Source of the DNA: Negaprion brevirostris
Lineage: Eukaryota
Reading direction: 5' to 3'
Assembly (NCBI GenBank): GCA_030324005.1
Contig: JARDVH010000121.1
Span: 29,407,481 to 29,471,480 of the forward strand
Length of the DNA: 64,000 nucleotides
This document shows positions 27,323 to 40,550 of the stretch, piece after piece. Under the pieces are notes generated by a model. The model had not been told where the DNA came from. It did not search any database and was given only the letters and a program-made list of their open reading frames with translations. How positions within the stretch are numbered: the stretch's first letter is position 1; each line of letters starts with the position of its first letter. Position numbers and translations under genes: made by a program.

Positions 27323-27324
27323 TT

Positions 27325-27567
27325 AAACATGTAGGCCAGACCAGGTAAGGATGGCAGATTTCCTTCTAAAAAGGACATACTGAACTAGGTGGATTTTCCC
27401 AACAATTGGCAATGGTTTCATGGTCATCATGAGACTTTTAATTCCAGATTTTTACTGAATTCAAATTCTATCACCTGCCATGGTGGGATTTGAACCTGCT
27501 TCCCAGAGCATTACCCCAGGCCTCTGGATTACTGGTCCAGTGACAATACCACTATGCCACTGCCTCT
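27325..27567 (-). mobile_element. tRNA-derived SINE family 2 (reverse copy)
   Basis: Reverse-complement similarity to 56910-57150. Confidence 0.8.
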
Positions 27568-27574
27568 TCTGAAT

Positions 27575-27908
27575 AAGTAATCTGGAGGCCCCGCACAAGA
27601 TCTGGGGACCCCGATTCAAATCCCACTATCGCAGATGGTGAAATTGGAATTCAATAAAAATCTGGAATTTAAAGTCTAATGGTGACCATGAAATCATCTT
27701 TGATTGTTGTAGAAAGCCATCAGGTTCACTAATGTGCTTTAGGATAGGAAATCTGCCATCCTTACCTGATCTGGTCTACACGTGACTCCAAATCCACAAC
27801 AGGATGGTTGGTTCTCAAATGCCCTCTGAAATAGAGAGCAATTAGGGATGGTAATAAATTCTGGCCCAACCAGCAATGCTCATATGCCGCAAATGAATTA
27901 AGAAAAAT
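27575..27908 (+). mobile_element. tRNA-derived SINE family 2 body and tail; its head lies at ~26053-26085
   Basis: Matches 56940-57255 (TTCAAATCCCAC..GGAATT..GACCATGAAA..GGAAATCTGCC..AATAAAT). Confidence 0.8.
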
Positions 27909-29124
27909 TTACCAGACATTATCCAAGGCAACTTGCAAATTAGAACTGCTATGTCACATGACAGCACAAAGGCTATGTACAGACTTCTAAACACACACAG
28001 ATGTATGTGTGCGCACGCACATATGAGGGGGTGGCAGAATCAGTGCATTGTTGGTGGGGATGNNNNNNNNNNNNNNNNNNNNNNNNNNNNNNNNNNNNNN
28101 NNNNNNNNNNNNNNNNNNNNNNNNNNNNNNNNNNNNNNNNNNNNNNNNNNNNNNNNNNNNNNCTAGGATTCTAGACACAGTGAAATCTAGGACAATAACT
28201 GTGATGAATCATTTAAAGAAAGCTATAAGAAAACACAAAATTAATTTAAAGGAGGAGCCACATTAGAAAGCGGTAAAAGTGGAATTGCAAAGCATTTGTT
28301 TTGAATCATGTGGAGATTTCTTAGCATGTTGCCAAAGGTCTTGCCTTTGTTTATTTTGATTACTTTTACTAACTTTGATTGACACTGACGCAAAACCATT
28401 CACAGCAATGCAGTCTTGTGGAGGGCATTGCATTCTCCAGGGACAGATGTTCTTAGCTATCAGCAGTTGACAGTATTTGATGGAACAAAGCAAGGGCAAA
28501 AGTTCTACGTGCACCTGTTTGGAGATGTGGATTATTTATTTATGTATTCCAATGAAAACTAGGGATGAAAGCCAAATAGGAATGACTAAATCAAAATTGT
28601 CAAAGTGATGCTAGTTCTGATTGCTAATAAAGCAACAACATTTTCAAAAGTATGACTGAGTACAGGTTTGGATAGCTTGACCCCATCTTTTCTATTCACT
28701 GATGAACACGAATGCAGCTTGCAACATTTAAGAGCTGGAACAGATCCATTCAGCTCTACTAGCATGAACATCTATTCAATTAAATCATGGTGGATGTGTA
28801 CCTCAACTCCATTTGCCCACTGAAGTACATCCCCTGGTACATAGCTAATAAAAACCAGCACTGAAAACTTCAATTAACCCACAGCCACAACCTTTCAAAG
28901 AAGCAAGTTCCAGAGTATGTGTGGATGAACAAGTGTATCCTGGATAGCCAAGTTTTCATTTGGTTTATGTCGCTTTGTTCTTTACCTCCGCATGTGACGA
29001 AATAGGTGTTCAATATCTAACCTATTGAATTCCTTTAAATACTTCACTCATATTAGTCCTCAACTTTATAACAATACAAATGTATACAATCCATCTTCAT
29101 AACTTTTAATTTATTGGAGTTCTT

Positions 29125-29942
29125 TAAGCAGGACGGATGGAGGGAAACCAATAAGTGTGATATAATTAGATTTCCAAAAAACAGTTGATAAGGTATGGCA
29201 CAAAAGGCTACTTAATTAGATAAGAGTCCATGTGTTAAGGAAGTACTTTAGTATGCAGAGAGAATTGGCTAACTACTAAAAGACAGAGTTGGGATAAAAT
29301 GGGCTATTTTTAGGATGGCAATCTGTAACTTGTGGAGCGCCGTAGGGAAAGATTGCAGATGACGCAAAAATACAGATGATACAAAAACAGATGGCAAGGC
29401 AAGTGGTTTGGATGACATCAAGAGTCTACAGAGAGATGTAGCTATGTTAAGTGAATGGGCAAAAATGGCAGAGAGAATACTGAGGGGGAAAATTTGAAGT
29501 TATGCATTTGGTTGAAAGAGGAAATGAGCTTAATATCATTTAAATGGTGAAAGACTGCAAAAAGCTGCAACACCAAGGTGATTTGGGGATCCTGCTGCAT
29601 AAATTACAAAACAGCTAGCATGCAAGTTCAGCAGGTAATACAGAAGGTAAATAGAATGTTGGCCTTTATTTCAAGGGAATGGAGTATAAAACTGGGGAGT
29701 CTTGTTCAAATTATACAGGGTACTAGTTAGCACACCTGGAATATTGTGAATAGTTTTGGTTGCCTTATCTAAGGAAAGATATACTGGAATTGGGGGCAGT
29801 CCAGAGAAGGTTCTCTAGGTTGATCCTGGATATGGAGGGATTTTCTTATGAAGAGAGTTTGAGTAGATTCGCTGTGTACTTACTGGAGTTTAGAAGAACA
29901 AGAGGTGACTTTGAGATATAGGAATTCTCAGCGAGCTTGAGT
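29125..29942 (+). mobile_element. Decayed CR1 ORF2 fragment
   Basis: Contains LDFQK.VDKV, IADDAK and HLEYCE*FWLPYLRKDIL remnants. Confidence 0.8.
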
Positions 29943-30029
29943 ATGCACCAACAACAGTCCCACCCAGGGCCTATTGCTGTATTTACCACATATTTACTTT
30001 GCTTATCTCCCCTGACACTAGAATCAATG

Positions 30030-30220
30030 CGGCATGGCCAATCAATCTAACCCACACATCTTTGAATTGTGGGATTAAATTGGAGCACTCGGAGGAAACC
30101 CACGCAGGCATGTGGAAAATGTGCAAACTCCACAGACAGTGATCCGGGGCCAGAATTGAACCCGGGTCCCTGGTACCGTGAGGCAGCAGTGCTAATCATT
30201 GTGCCACCATGTCATCCCCA
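30030..30220 (-). mobile_element. HE1-like SINE
   Basis: Reverse strand has the HE1-type head GGTGGCACAATGATTAGCACTGCTGCCTCAC..GGGTTCAATTC. Confidence 0.85.
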
Positions 30221-33059
30221 AAATTGGAGTTGAGGATCATATCAGACCAGACATGATTTCACTGAATGGTAAAACAGACTCGAATGGACTACTTCTGCTC
30301 CTACATTCTATGGTCTAACCCTTTGACCCCTGGTGAAATGGTCAATATTTCTTTCCTGATGTGAGGTACCAAAAACTAAACATAATACTTGATCTGACCA
30401 GTTCTAAATATAAAAGAAGCATAATTTCCTGTCTGTTGACCTTTACTGCAAGGAAGTTAGAATATAATTATTAATTAACCTCTTGATTACATTTCGCACC
30501 TTGGTCATCAAGCTTTCTAAAGTCAGCAGGTGAAGGAAAGAGCTGGAGCCAATCTTCATCCACTATTATAAGCTTTTATTTAGAGAAATACCTTGCAAAC
30601 ATTCACCTCCTAACCTAGCTACCAGTTTTGGTTGGTTCCTCTTTATGGGAGCTCAGGCAAAACCCTAGTTATTGCTCACAAACTGCATGCAGTTAATGAC
30701 AGGTAATATACAACTAGCACAAGCAGCGCACCAGCTTTCAGTCATTTGTATACCTTCTGGATTCTCAAATCATTTTGTTCCTTTGCTATTCCCAGTTTCA
30801 CACAATTAAGGAAATGTTCTTGTTTCTGTGGATTAAAAGTAAATAACTTCATGGAATGCCAGCATGGAATTCCATCTGCTCCAGGTTTTGTCCATTCACT
30901 TAATGTGCCCATTAACCTCCATAATTTCATGCCCCAACCTACACAATTTACTGTGCCTTCTAATTTGGCTCAATTGCTGGAACTGTCGTGTTAGGGTCAA
31001 AGGTGTTGCGTTTGAATCTGCTGCCAGATTTGAGCAAGGGATCCAATCTGACACTGATGGATTGCTTCATTGACATTGTCCTATCTCTACCAGATTCCAA
31101 GGGGCTCAAAAATATTCTTCTTGAGGGTATTAGCTAAAAAAAGCAGAGATCCCCATTTCTTACTGAGCCACCTGTGAACTCAAATGTCGAACTTGCTTCA
31201 CAGTAGATGATCATATGATTCCAATCAACCTCACTAGGTGACATAGATCCTATAAATTTGACTACTAGGAAACCAACTGGTGCTGCCTACAGCCTTTAAA
31301 ATAATTACGAAAGATTTGGGAATTTTAGAACAATATCAGTAGTGACTTTGAGAGATCTCTGTGATACTGCTTTGTGGTGCATGTAGAAAACATAGATCGT
31401 TAGGTATATAGAACCACAGGAAGTGATAAGATGGATATATCATGTGATATAGTGATTGGAACAATATTGATCAACACACAAGTGTCTGAAGAGTTATTCC
31501 AGTATTCTGTTGTTTGAAAAGAACCTTTCGTTTAGGTTACCAATCATTATCATACATNNNNNNNNNNTCAGCATGTTTGAGAGCCTGGAACACAATGTGG
31601 TGATTGTAGTGCACAACATGGCAACAGTGGTACTGGTGAACAGCGAGGGAGCAGCAACTTGCATTCAGTGGCAATGATTACAAAGCTGAGTCATTGTTGG
31701 GTAAGAAAAGAAGACAGGAAGTCTGGCAAAACACTGGCAAATGATTGGAAAAGCAGTGCCATCAATGTTTAGGACCCAGTCCAAACAAAACCACCCTTGG
31801 GGATCACTACACCTTGAGTAATTAAAGGTTGGGGCCGGATATTGAAATGGCAGCTGTCCAGGAATACAGATTGTTGTGGAATTGGGCTGAAAAAGTCTAT
31901 CTGAATTGGGGCTGTGACACTGCAAAACCATTCAGCATCAGATTTACCCACTGAAAGTGGCTCCGTTGGCAGAGTCTCACTGTGCAGAGGCTAAAAGCCC
32001 AAACTCTAACCACTGAATTCAGGACCTGCCAGAGATCCGCAGGTGCAAATGCTGTAGACCTATATTCTTTTCTCCTTCAAGGGGAAATTCTTTGGAAAGG
32101 GAATTCTTGAAATGCAAGTAATTTTGATACCATAACAACAAAATATTCAGTTACGAATCGGAAGGTTCCGGATGTCCTCAACAAATTCAATTGATTAGTT
32201 GGAGTATGGATTTGTGCTTCTTAGATTTAGCAGTTACGGAGCCCGAAAAGCCAGCAGTAAAAATAAAGATAGCGATTAACAATGGAGGCTTTATTGAATT
32301 AACACTTCTGGACTGACAGAAGCAGAGCAAAACGACCCATCTAGGCTGTGGATAATGCTGAAGGATCAGTTAAGAATTAAGGTCAATTTCAGAACTGGTT
32401 GCCTATACACAAGAGCTCCAAGAATTCATTGACCAGTTTGTTCGTAGATTTTTGGGACAAAGGCAGATATTGTGATCTTTCAGAAGCAGAGCTCTGAGAG
32501 AATAATGGAGTCAATAATCATATTGATCACAATAGAGATATTCTAAAAGGATCTGCTTGATATGAAAAAGAGGTACGGCACTTCAGGTCTAATTAAAGGT
32601 GGCAGAAAATACAAGGCTATATTTGCAGACAGGCAGTATATGCAAGTGCTTGAAGAATCAACCATCGGTGTGATAATCAAGACAGGGCAAGGCATGTGGC
32701 AAGAAAAATCTAAGGCAACAGTCACGTAATCATCCTGCATTTAGCAAAACCGGCAAGGGGTGAGGTCTAAAAGGGACACCAGGCAAAACTATATCGAAAG
32801 TCTGGCAGTGAGGAAGTGGTCAGAAGTCACAGCTTAGCAATAACAGATGCTACACTAATAAAATAAGAAAGATTTGACAAAGTATCAGTTCAAGCATAGG
32901 CATGTCCATGAGATAGAGAGAGGCCTGGACAGTAAAAGTGACAAACTTGAGTTTGAAAATGAATAAGCTTTCCAAACAAACCATGCAGCATGTGGATGTC
33001 ATCACCACAGTTGAGATCACGGACGGTATACTATCTTTTCTTTGTCTAAGTGCTGGATG

Positions 33060-33938
33060 GACTTGAAACTGGGAGAGCTCCAGACCCGTCTTTTGGGCAT
33101 TTTTTTTGCTCCCCCCACACACACTCTGGCTGCAAAATTCTGAGCGAGACTGTTGCTCGCTGCAGAAACTTGTGGGTGGGGCTTACCACACCCTAAAGCC
33201 TGCAGGGAGAGATACTGCGCAAGTGCAGGCCTCTGATACTGCATATGCGCATTAGTGGTAGCCAAGGTCTGACAAAGAAAGAACTGTCAGGCCCCTGCTA
33301 GTGCAGGCAGCCTGAAGCAGCTCTCGCCCCCTCCATCCCCCCTGCCGCAATCAAGGAGGCCCATGGCTGTAGATGCAGCCCTGCCACCCAGACCCATTAC
33401 CGATCACTACAGAGTAGCAGAGTGGCAGCAAGCCCCTTCCCACATTAGCCCCAATCCCCACTGGCCACTCCCCCCATTGGCCACTTCCCCATTAGCTTTG
33501 CGCCCACTGGCCCCACCCCAGCACTGCCCAGTGGGCACTGCCCAGGTGCCATGGTGGCACAATCCAAGTGGCACCTCTCCGTGCCCTTGGCACCCCAGGG
33601 GGCCTCAATGGCCTCCGGTTCTATTGGAGAGGCCAAGTTGCCTGTTCTCCGTTTATGGGGAGCATGTCTATTCCTCACTGGTGAGAACCTTTGCTGGCAA
33701 GGTCATAAAGGCCAACAAGATTGAGTGCCAGGCTCACTAATGACAGAAAGATGCTTATTTAAATATACCTGCTTCTCACCCATTTCTGGCAAGAGGCTGA
33801 CTGCACTGAAAATCTGACATTTGTAAAATGGTTCTGGTCATGAAAACTGGCACCAATAACACTGATCACTTTACATCCCACTTTACAACTGTGTCACACC
33901 CAAAAATGGCCACAACATGATGGTAAAATGTGGGGCCC
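33060..33938. mobile_element. GC-rich DNA-transposon-like repeat nested in the Gypsy relic
   Basis: Same GC-rich TGGCA/GTGCC-laden family as 4909-5750 and 7420-8250; ends GGTAAAATGTGGGGCCCC. Confidence 0.5.
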
Positions 33939-35216
33939 CATGTCCTAGCAAAAAATCGCCAGCATCAGCTATGACAGAAGATAACTATTGCGGCACGTGG
34001 CAACATTTTACCATTGCACATATTTGGTGAGAGGCTATGCTACAGTTGAAAGTTAGACTCCCATTGTTAATCTGCTATGTGAGATCATTGATGCTGAAAA
34101 ATATGGAAGTTTTGCATGGCTTCTATACTGTTAATGTCAATGGACCCATGGCAACAGAATTGCGGGCATGTCATGATCTCTGTACAGATTGTGACCATTC
34201 ACAAGGTCAGTAAGCAACAATGCGAGATGGCCAAGAGAAAGCTGAGAAGCTACAGACAGAGACTTCTCGTGATCCTGTCCAGCTATTCATCAGTGAATGA
34301 CCAGATACATACAAATGACTTTCATAAACCTCAGAACCTTCTGGCAGCACTGAAATGGAATTGGCATTACAAGTCAAGTCATTTTCAGTGGCAGACAACT
34401 GCTGATACTGGGAGTATTCTATCAATATATTGTGTGGGTAATGAAAGAATAATACGAATTGTACATGAGTCAGTTCATTGGCCAGGGATCAATACTGACA
34501 GAGCATGAGCTGTGAGGTTGTATGCATGTCAGTTGAGTCAACAAAGAGCCACTCCACTCTCATGATGTTCTGGCACATCAGAATCCAGAATATCTACTGA
34601 CTTGTTTCCTGTCCAAAGTGATGATTCTTATTTGTTACTGACTACTCCGAATTTTCTATCATTCTTCAACTGAGGGGTACATTGAGTGCATCCGTAGCAC
34701 ACGCGATGAGGTGGGATTTTGCGTCCCTGCTCGCCCCAAAACCATAAAATGCCACCCGAAGTCAATGGATATTTCTATTATGCTCCGATTCCATGGTGGA
34801 CAGGGTGGTAAAATTCTGAACGATGAGTGCAATTTTCAGTCTTTTTGGTTCCCAAGACACAATAGTGTTAAACTAAAGTCCACTGGATAGCAATAATCTC
34901 CTTTGAGATAGCTGTGCAAAAATGGGCTGTGCATCACATTACATTATTTTTACATTACCCAAGGTCAAGTGGACTAACATAAAAGAAGGTATTGACAGTA
35001 AAGTCAATGATTTTGAAATGTAAGAAGACCAATCAAAACATTCAAGCATGTTGAAATGACAAGCAATACCACTAGAAACATGATTACCATCAACAGCAGA
35101 GATTATGTTTGGAATGCAAGTCAGGACAACACTTGTTATCATCCAATCAGAACATCATGAGTCTAAGAAAAAATATTAGAGAAAAGCAAGAAAGAAATGA
35201 AAATCACTTGACAAAT

Positions 35217-35538
35217 GACACGGTGGGTCAGTGGTTAGCACTGCTGCCTCTCAGTGCCAAGGACCCAGGTTCGATTACCGGCTTGGGTCATTGTCAGTGT
35301 GGAGTTTGCACATTCTCCCCATGTCTGCGTGGGTTTCCTCTGGGCACTCTGGTTTCCTCTCAGTCCAAAGATGTGCAACTTAGGTGGATTGGCCATGCTA
35401 AATTGACCTTTAGTGTCAGGGGGACTAGCTAGGATAAATGCATGGGGTTATGGGTATAAGGCCTGAGTGGGGTTGTGGTCGGTGTAGACTTGATGGATCG
35501 AATGGTCTCCTACTATATTGTAGAATTCTATGATTCTA
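35217..35538 (+). mobile_element. HE1-like SINE, tail type B (CR1-type tail)
   Basis: HE1-type head plus tail GACTTGATGGATCGAATGG..TTCTATGATTCT. It interrupts the Gypsy 3' region. Confidence 0.85.
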
Positions 35539-35831
35539 AACATACTTGTGTGGAATTGCGTCCACTGCATGTAGAACAAAAGGTCAGAGTAATTGACCCA
35601 CAAGAAAGGAACTGTTTCCCTGTGGAGGATTCAAAGATCTGGAATGAGATACGATCATGCAAAGTGACCACCATGAATGCAGTGATGCTGTGGAGGATTT
35701 GAGCTCAGCTGAACAAGAGTTTCAAAAGCTTCACACCAAACACTCACATTTGTTCACATTCACGATGGGATTAGGGAAGATGACAAGCAGAGCACTCAAC
35801 TGCAAGGCAGTTGTCAGTGTATATCTATGAG

Positions 35832-37725
35832 TTGTTACGATCCCGGCTCAGTAGACCATGGCCGGAATTCTCTGACCTCGCCTGCAGGTTGGGATTCTCC
35901 AGTCCCGCTGCAGTGGTAGAGGTTTTGCCGAGTACCAAATTCTCCATTCTTTCCGGCAGGGGTAGTGGGGCATGCAAGACTGGAAAATTCTTGCCCATAA
36001 CTTTTACTTTTTTAGAGATGTGGGTGAACAGAGATGCTGCACAGATTTGTAAGGATAACACAGGTTAGAAAATACATCTTATACTCTAATGTGCTCTGTA
36101 AGTACACAGTCCATGTAAACCAAGAGGCAAAATGTGATCAGAAACACCACACTGTGAAACCAAGTTACAGATGCCACTGAAAACAACTTTTGTAGATTTT
36201 ACTTCAAATCCCCACAGCTGCTTGCCACACTGTGAGCCAACTGGCCTCACTGGAACTCTAACTTCAGCATGAGGACCTCCACTCTAAAAAGGACACACTT
36301 TACCCATGGAAGGCTCTCTCAGAGACGCCTTCAGTAAGTATCCACATCCAGGATTTCAACCTCTGCTTTTAGTATTCCTCAGCCCTGGAACATCACATGC
36401 ATTCAAAGAACAAAGAAAAAAGATAATTACAGCCCAGGAATAGGCCCTTCAGCCCTCCAAGCCTGCACAGATCATGCTGCCCGACTTAACTAAAACCCCC
36501 TATCCTTCAGGGGACCATATCCCTCTATTCCCATCCNNNNNNNNNNNNNNNNNNNNNNNNNNNNNNNNNNNNNNNNNNNNNNNNNNNNNNNNNNNNNNNN
36601 NNNNNNNNNNNNNNNNNNNNNNNNNNNNNNNNNNNNNNNNNNNNNNNNNNNNNNNNNNNNNNNNNNNNNNNNNNNNNNNNNNNNNNNNNNNNNNNNNNNN
36701 NNNNNNNNNNNNNNNNNNNNNNNNNNNNNNNNNNNNNNNNNNNNNNNNNNNNNNNNNNNNNNNNNNNNNNNNNNNNNNNNNNNNNNNNNNNNNNNNNNNN
36801 NNNNNNNNNNNNNNNNNNNNNNNNNNNNNNNNNNNNNNNNNNNNNNNNNNNNNNNNNNNNNNNNNNNNNNNNNNNNNNNNNNNNNNNNNNNNNNNNNNNN
36901 NNNNNNNNNNNNNNCAAAGCCTCCACCTCCTTCTGGTAGTGTGGCGATCAGAATTGAAAGCTATATTTCAAGTGTGGCCTAAGGTTCTATAAAGCTGCAA
37001 CATGACTTGCCAATTTTTAAACTCAATGCCCCGGCCGATGATGGCAAGCGTGCCATATGCTTTCTTGACTACCTTCTCCACCTGCACTGGCATTTTCAGG
37101 TGACCTGTGTACCTGTACACCCAGATCCCTTTGCCTATCAATACTCTTAACAGTTCTGCCAAGTTTCCACGTAATCTCTCAGGTGCCCAGCCATGCCAAA
37201 GAACATCACTGCTTCACAGGTTGTATTAAGGTGTCACCATCCTTTGGATTATTTCAGATACCTGGCTTCTGCATCTGCACCTTGCAGCTTTCTCTTTAAC
37301 TGGGAGCATCATTTTCTGCTCGTGATTTCACTGAATAGAAACATTTAACAGATTTCCTGGAACACTCATTCCCTGATTTATGACTGTTCTTAGTTTTTGG
37401 AACTTACTTTCTGCGTCCCTGTGTTGTCCTGTCTGTACTGTCAGCTTATCTGGGTCCAACTGAATTCTAACTGTTTCTGTTTTTCAGTTTGAGCCACTGG
37501 TTGTTAAGCAACAGGATTTTTTTTTTTTAAACTTCTCATTGTAAATCTTTAATTACAATTCAGGCAAAGTTTAACATGCAATTAAAATCTATGGACATAC
37601 AGGCATCTTTGATTAACATAAAGCTAATTAAAATTTCAACCCGTTTCTTAGCACACAAATTCAGAAACACAAATTAAAACAATCCTTATTTCTAATATCC
37701 ACAAGCAAATATAAATTATTTAACC
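35832..37725. mobile_element. Solo-LTR-like repeat, copy 2, carrying a MITE (35860-35995) and a CR1 insertion (~36405-37160, minus)
   Basis: Colinear with 21336-22563 once the inserts are removed; begins TGTTACG. Confidence 0.6.
35860..35995. mobile_element. MITE with 3-bp TSD (CAT)
   Basis: CAT|GGCCGGAATTCTC ... GAAAATTCTTGCC|CAT. Confidence 0.75.
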
Positions 37726-37934
37726 TACATTTAAGAGTCAAGAGAATTTCAGGTCTCAAAGTTTCACTGTTAGCACATCAGGCTGAAACAGTGAACTACC
37801 CATTCATTTCAGAGATACTTGAACACGTACTGAGAGAGTCAATACAAGTGTTGTTCACAATTATCCTATTCCATTATGGAAAGAATGACAAGTTATAAGC
37901 TAAGAAAAGGGAGAATATTGTGATAGTTTAACCA

Positions 37935-38215
37935 CTGTACATGGTGGCACAGTGGTTAGTGCTGCTGCCTCAGGGTGCCAGGAACCTGGGTTTGAGTCCC
38001 ATGCAGACTCCGCACAAACATTCTCCCTGTGACTGCATGGGTTTCCTCCCACAGTCCAAAAAACTGGTTAGATGGATTGGTCACGCTAAGTTCTCTCTCA
38101 GTGTATCCAAACAGATGCTGGAGTGTGGCGACAAGGGGATTTTCACAGAAACTTTATTGCAATATTAATGTTAGCCTACTTGAGACACTAATAAATAAAT
38201 AAAAATAAATAAATA
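37935..38215 (+). mobile_element. HE1-like SINE, tail type A
   Basis: Head GGTGGCACAGTGGTTAGTGCTGCTGCCTC and tail GCCTACTTGAGACACTAATAAATAAA. Confidence 0.85.
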
Positions 38216-38549
38216 GCAACATGAGGCTGAATATGTAAATTGTTGGTATACATTATTGAAGGAAGTGATACAAGTTAAATCGTGTAATATAGTAGTGTTT
38301 GCAGAAATGATCAGCAGGTAACACATGTTATGAAGAGCTCTCCTGGAATTTTGTTATTCTTCAATAAATAACCTTCAGTTGGATTACCAAACATGTTCAT
38401 GATGTTTAATATGTTTGTATAAAGGGCCAATAATACAATCTCCATTCACCCAAAATGAATGTGGACTCAACCTTCTGACTCAAGAATGCATGTTTTCATC
38501 CTTGAAACTACCAACAAATGCAGATTCACCCCTTTCTATAGCACCGAAG

Positions 38550-40550
38550 GACAACAATAAGTTGTATTTATACAGTTCTTTTAGTGTAATGAAAGGTCCT
38601 CAGGCGCATTATAAAACTAAATATGAAACAAAAGCATGTAAATAGATATTAGGTCAGATGACCAAAAGCTTAGTCAAAGAGGTAGAACATAGGAAACTAC
38701 AGCACAAACAGGCCCTTCGGCCCACAAGTTGCGCTGATCATATCCCTACCTACTAGGCCTACCTATAACCCTCNNNNNNNNNNNNNNNNNNNNNNNNNNN
38801 NNNNNNNNNNNNNNNNNNNNNNNNNNNNNNNNNNNNNNNNNNNNNNNNNNNNNNNNNNNNNNNNNNNNNNNNNCTAATAACCTAAAATGTTTTGAATAGG
38901 CTATGCAGAACCATTTACCATGTTACAATCATGGACAGTGATCAGTTTATTCGGAAATTTAAAATATATAATAGGGATGGCGGGACTGATGTATGAGGAG
39001 AGATTGAATAGGTTAAGATTGTTTTTGCTGGAGTTCAGACAAATAAGGGGGGAATCTCATCGAGACTTAAAAAATTCTAACAGGACAAGACAGGGTAGAT
39101 GCAGGAGGAGTGTCCCCGATGGTGGGGAGTCCAGGACAAAGGGTCACAGTCTTAATATTCGGGGTAGAACATGTGGGACGGAGGTGAGGAGACATTTCTT
39201 CACCTGGTGAGCCTGTGGAATTCATTACCACAGGAAGTAGTTGATGCAGAAACATTGAATGTCTTCAAGAGACAGCTAGATACAGCACTTGGGGCAAATG
39301 GGATCAAATGTTACTGGGGGAGAACTGGATTAGGCTATTGCGTTGGATGATCATCCATGATCGTGATGAATGGAGGGATGGAGTTTAAAAACAGCGAGGT
39401 TATGTTGTAGCTGTACAAGGTACTGGTGAGGCCACATCTGGAGTACTGTGTACAGTTTTGGCCTCCTTACTTGAGAAAGGATAGACTGGCACTGGAGGGT
39501 GTACAGAGGAGAGTCACTTGGTTGATTCCGGAGTTGAGAGGGTTGGCTTATAGAACATAGAAGAACATAGAGAAACTACAGCACAAACAGGCCCTTCGGC
39601 CCACAAGTTGCGCCGATCTTATCTCTCCTTACTAAGCTTACCGATAACCCTCAATCCTATTAAGCCCCATGTACTCATCCAGAAGTCTCTTAAAAGACCC
39701 CAACGAGTTCACTTCCACCACCACCAACGGCAGCCGATTCCACTCACCCTTAACCCTCTGAGTGAAAAATTTACCCCGACATCTCCTCTGTACCTCCTAG
39801 ATTTTAAGAAACATCTTAAAAAGAAAAAAACAAAGGTAGAGACAGTAAGGTTCAAGGAGGGAATGCCAAAGCTCAGGACCCAGATGGTTGAGATTCCAAT
39901 CACCAATATTGGATCAATAAAATCAAGGATGCTCAAAAGAGGCCAGATTGGAGGAACACTAAGGGGGATTTGTAAATAAGAAAGACAATTGTAAACTCAA
40001 GACATTGTTGAACTGAGAACCAATGTGAGCACGTGGATGATAGCTAAACAGAACTGAATGCAAATTAGAAAATGGGCAGCAGAGTTTTAGATGTCCTTCA
40101 GTTTATAGAATGTATAAAATGGAAGGTCATCCAGGGGTCCTTTGGAATGGTGAAGTCTGCAGGCAACAATAGCATGAGCAAGTGGGGCAATGTTACAGAG
40201 ATGGAAATAGAGGTCTCTGAAATGGTGCAAATGTGTGTTTGGAAGATTGCCAACAGTTGGGTTCAGCCTCGGTTGGGGGCTTGGTTGAAGTTGGTGGTTA
40301 AGGAACAGAGTTTATGGTTGGAACAGAAGACAACAGCTTTCACCTTCCCAATATTTAATTGGAGAAATTCCTGCTCATCCAGTCCTGGATATCAGGGAGT
40401 CAGTCTGCCTTTAGAGACAGGGAGGGATGGTGAGAGGTAATGGGGAGGTAAAGGTGAATGTTCTCAGCAAGCATGTGAACTGAAAGATAGTATTTGGATA
40501 AGAAATTGGAGGCCTCAATGAAAGATCCTTAGGGTCACCCACAATTTGCA
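38550..40550 (-). mobile_element. L2 LINE 3' region interrupted by a cluster of CR1 fragments (38685-39800)
   Basis: L2 tail ...GATGACCAAAAGCTTAGTCAAAGAGGTAG resumes as TAGATTTTAAGAAACATCTTAAA at ~39798. CR1 pieces inside include MAGLMYEERLNRL and [12 protein letters not shown]. Confidence 0.7.

Larger units (their letters stand above)
32120..35720 (+). mobile_element. Degraded Gypsy/Ty3 LTR-retrotransposon internal region (gag, zinc knuckle, integrase) with nested insertions
   Basis: Gag-like NTSGLTEAEQNDPSRLW..QLRIKVNFR, EFIDQFVRR and YCDLSEAEL at 32300-32570; knuckle remnant at ~32730-32790; integrase HESVHWPGINTD..CQ and ISTDLFPV..DDSIFVTDYSEF at 34460-34690; LRPLHVEQKVRVIDP..RSCKVTT at 35550-35700. 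Many stops and frameshifts. Confidence 0.75.

Noticed and set aside
26184-27378. Longest ORFs in the window (281 and 184 aa) as a host gene or active retroelement
   Set aside because: They are frameshifted, 5'-truncated CR1 reverse transcriptase with a damaged catalytic region (ETADD). The ORF start comes from an adjacent SINE.
21336-37725. The two LTR-like copies as paired LTRs of one 16-kb provirus enclosing the Gypsy relic
   Set aside because: The copies are quite diverged, the interval is mostly unrelated sequence, and no PBS, PPT or shared TSD was seen.
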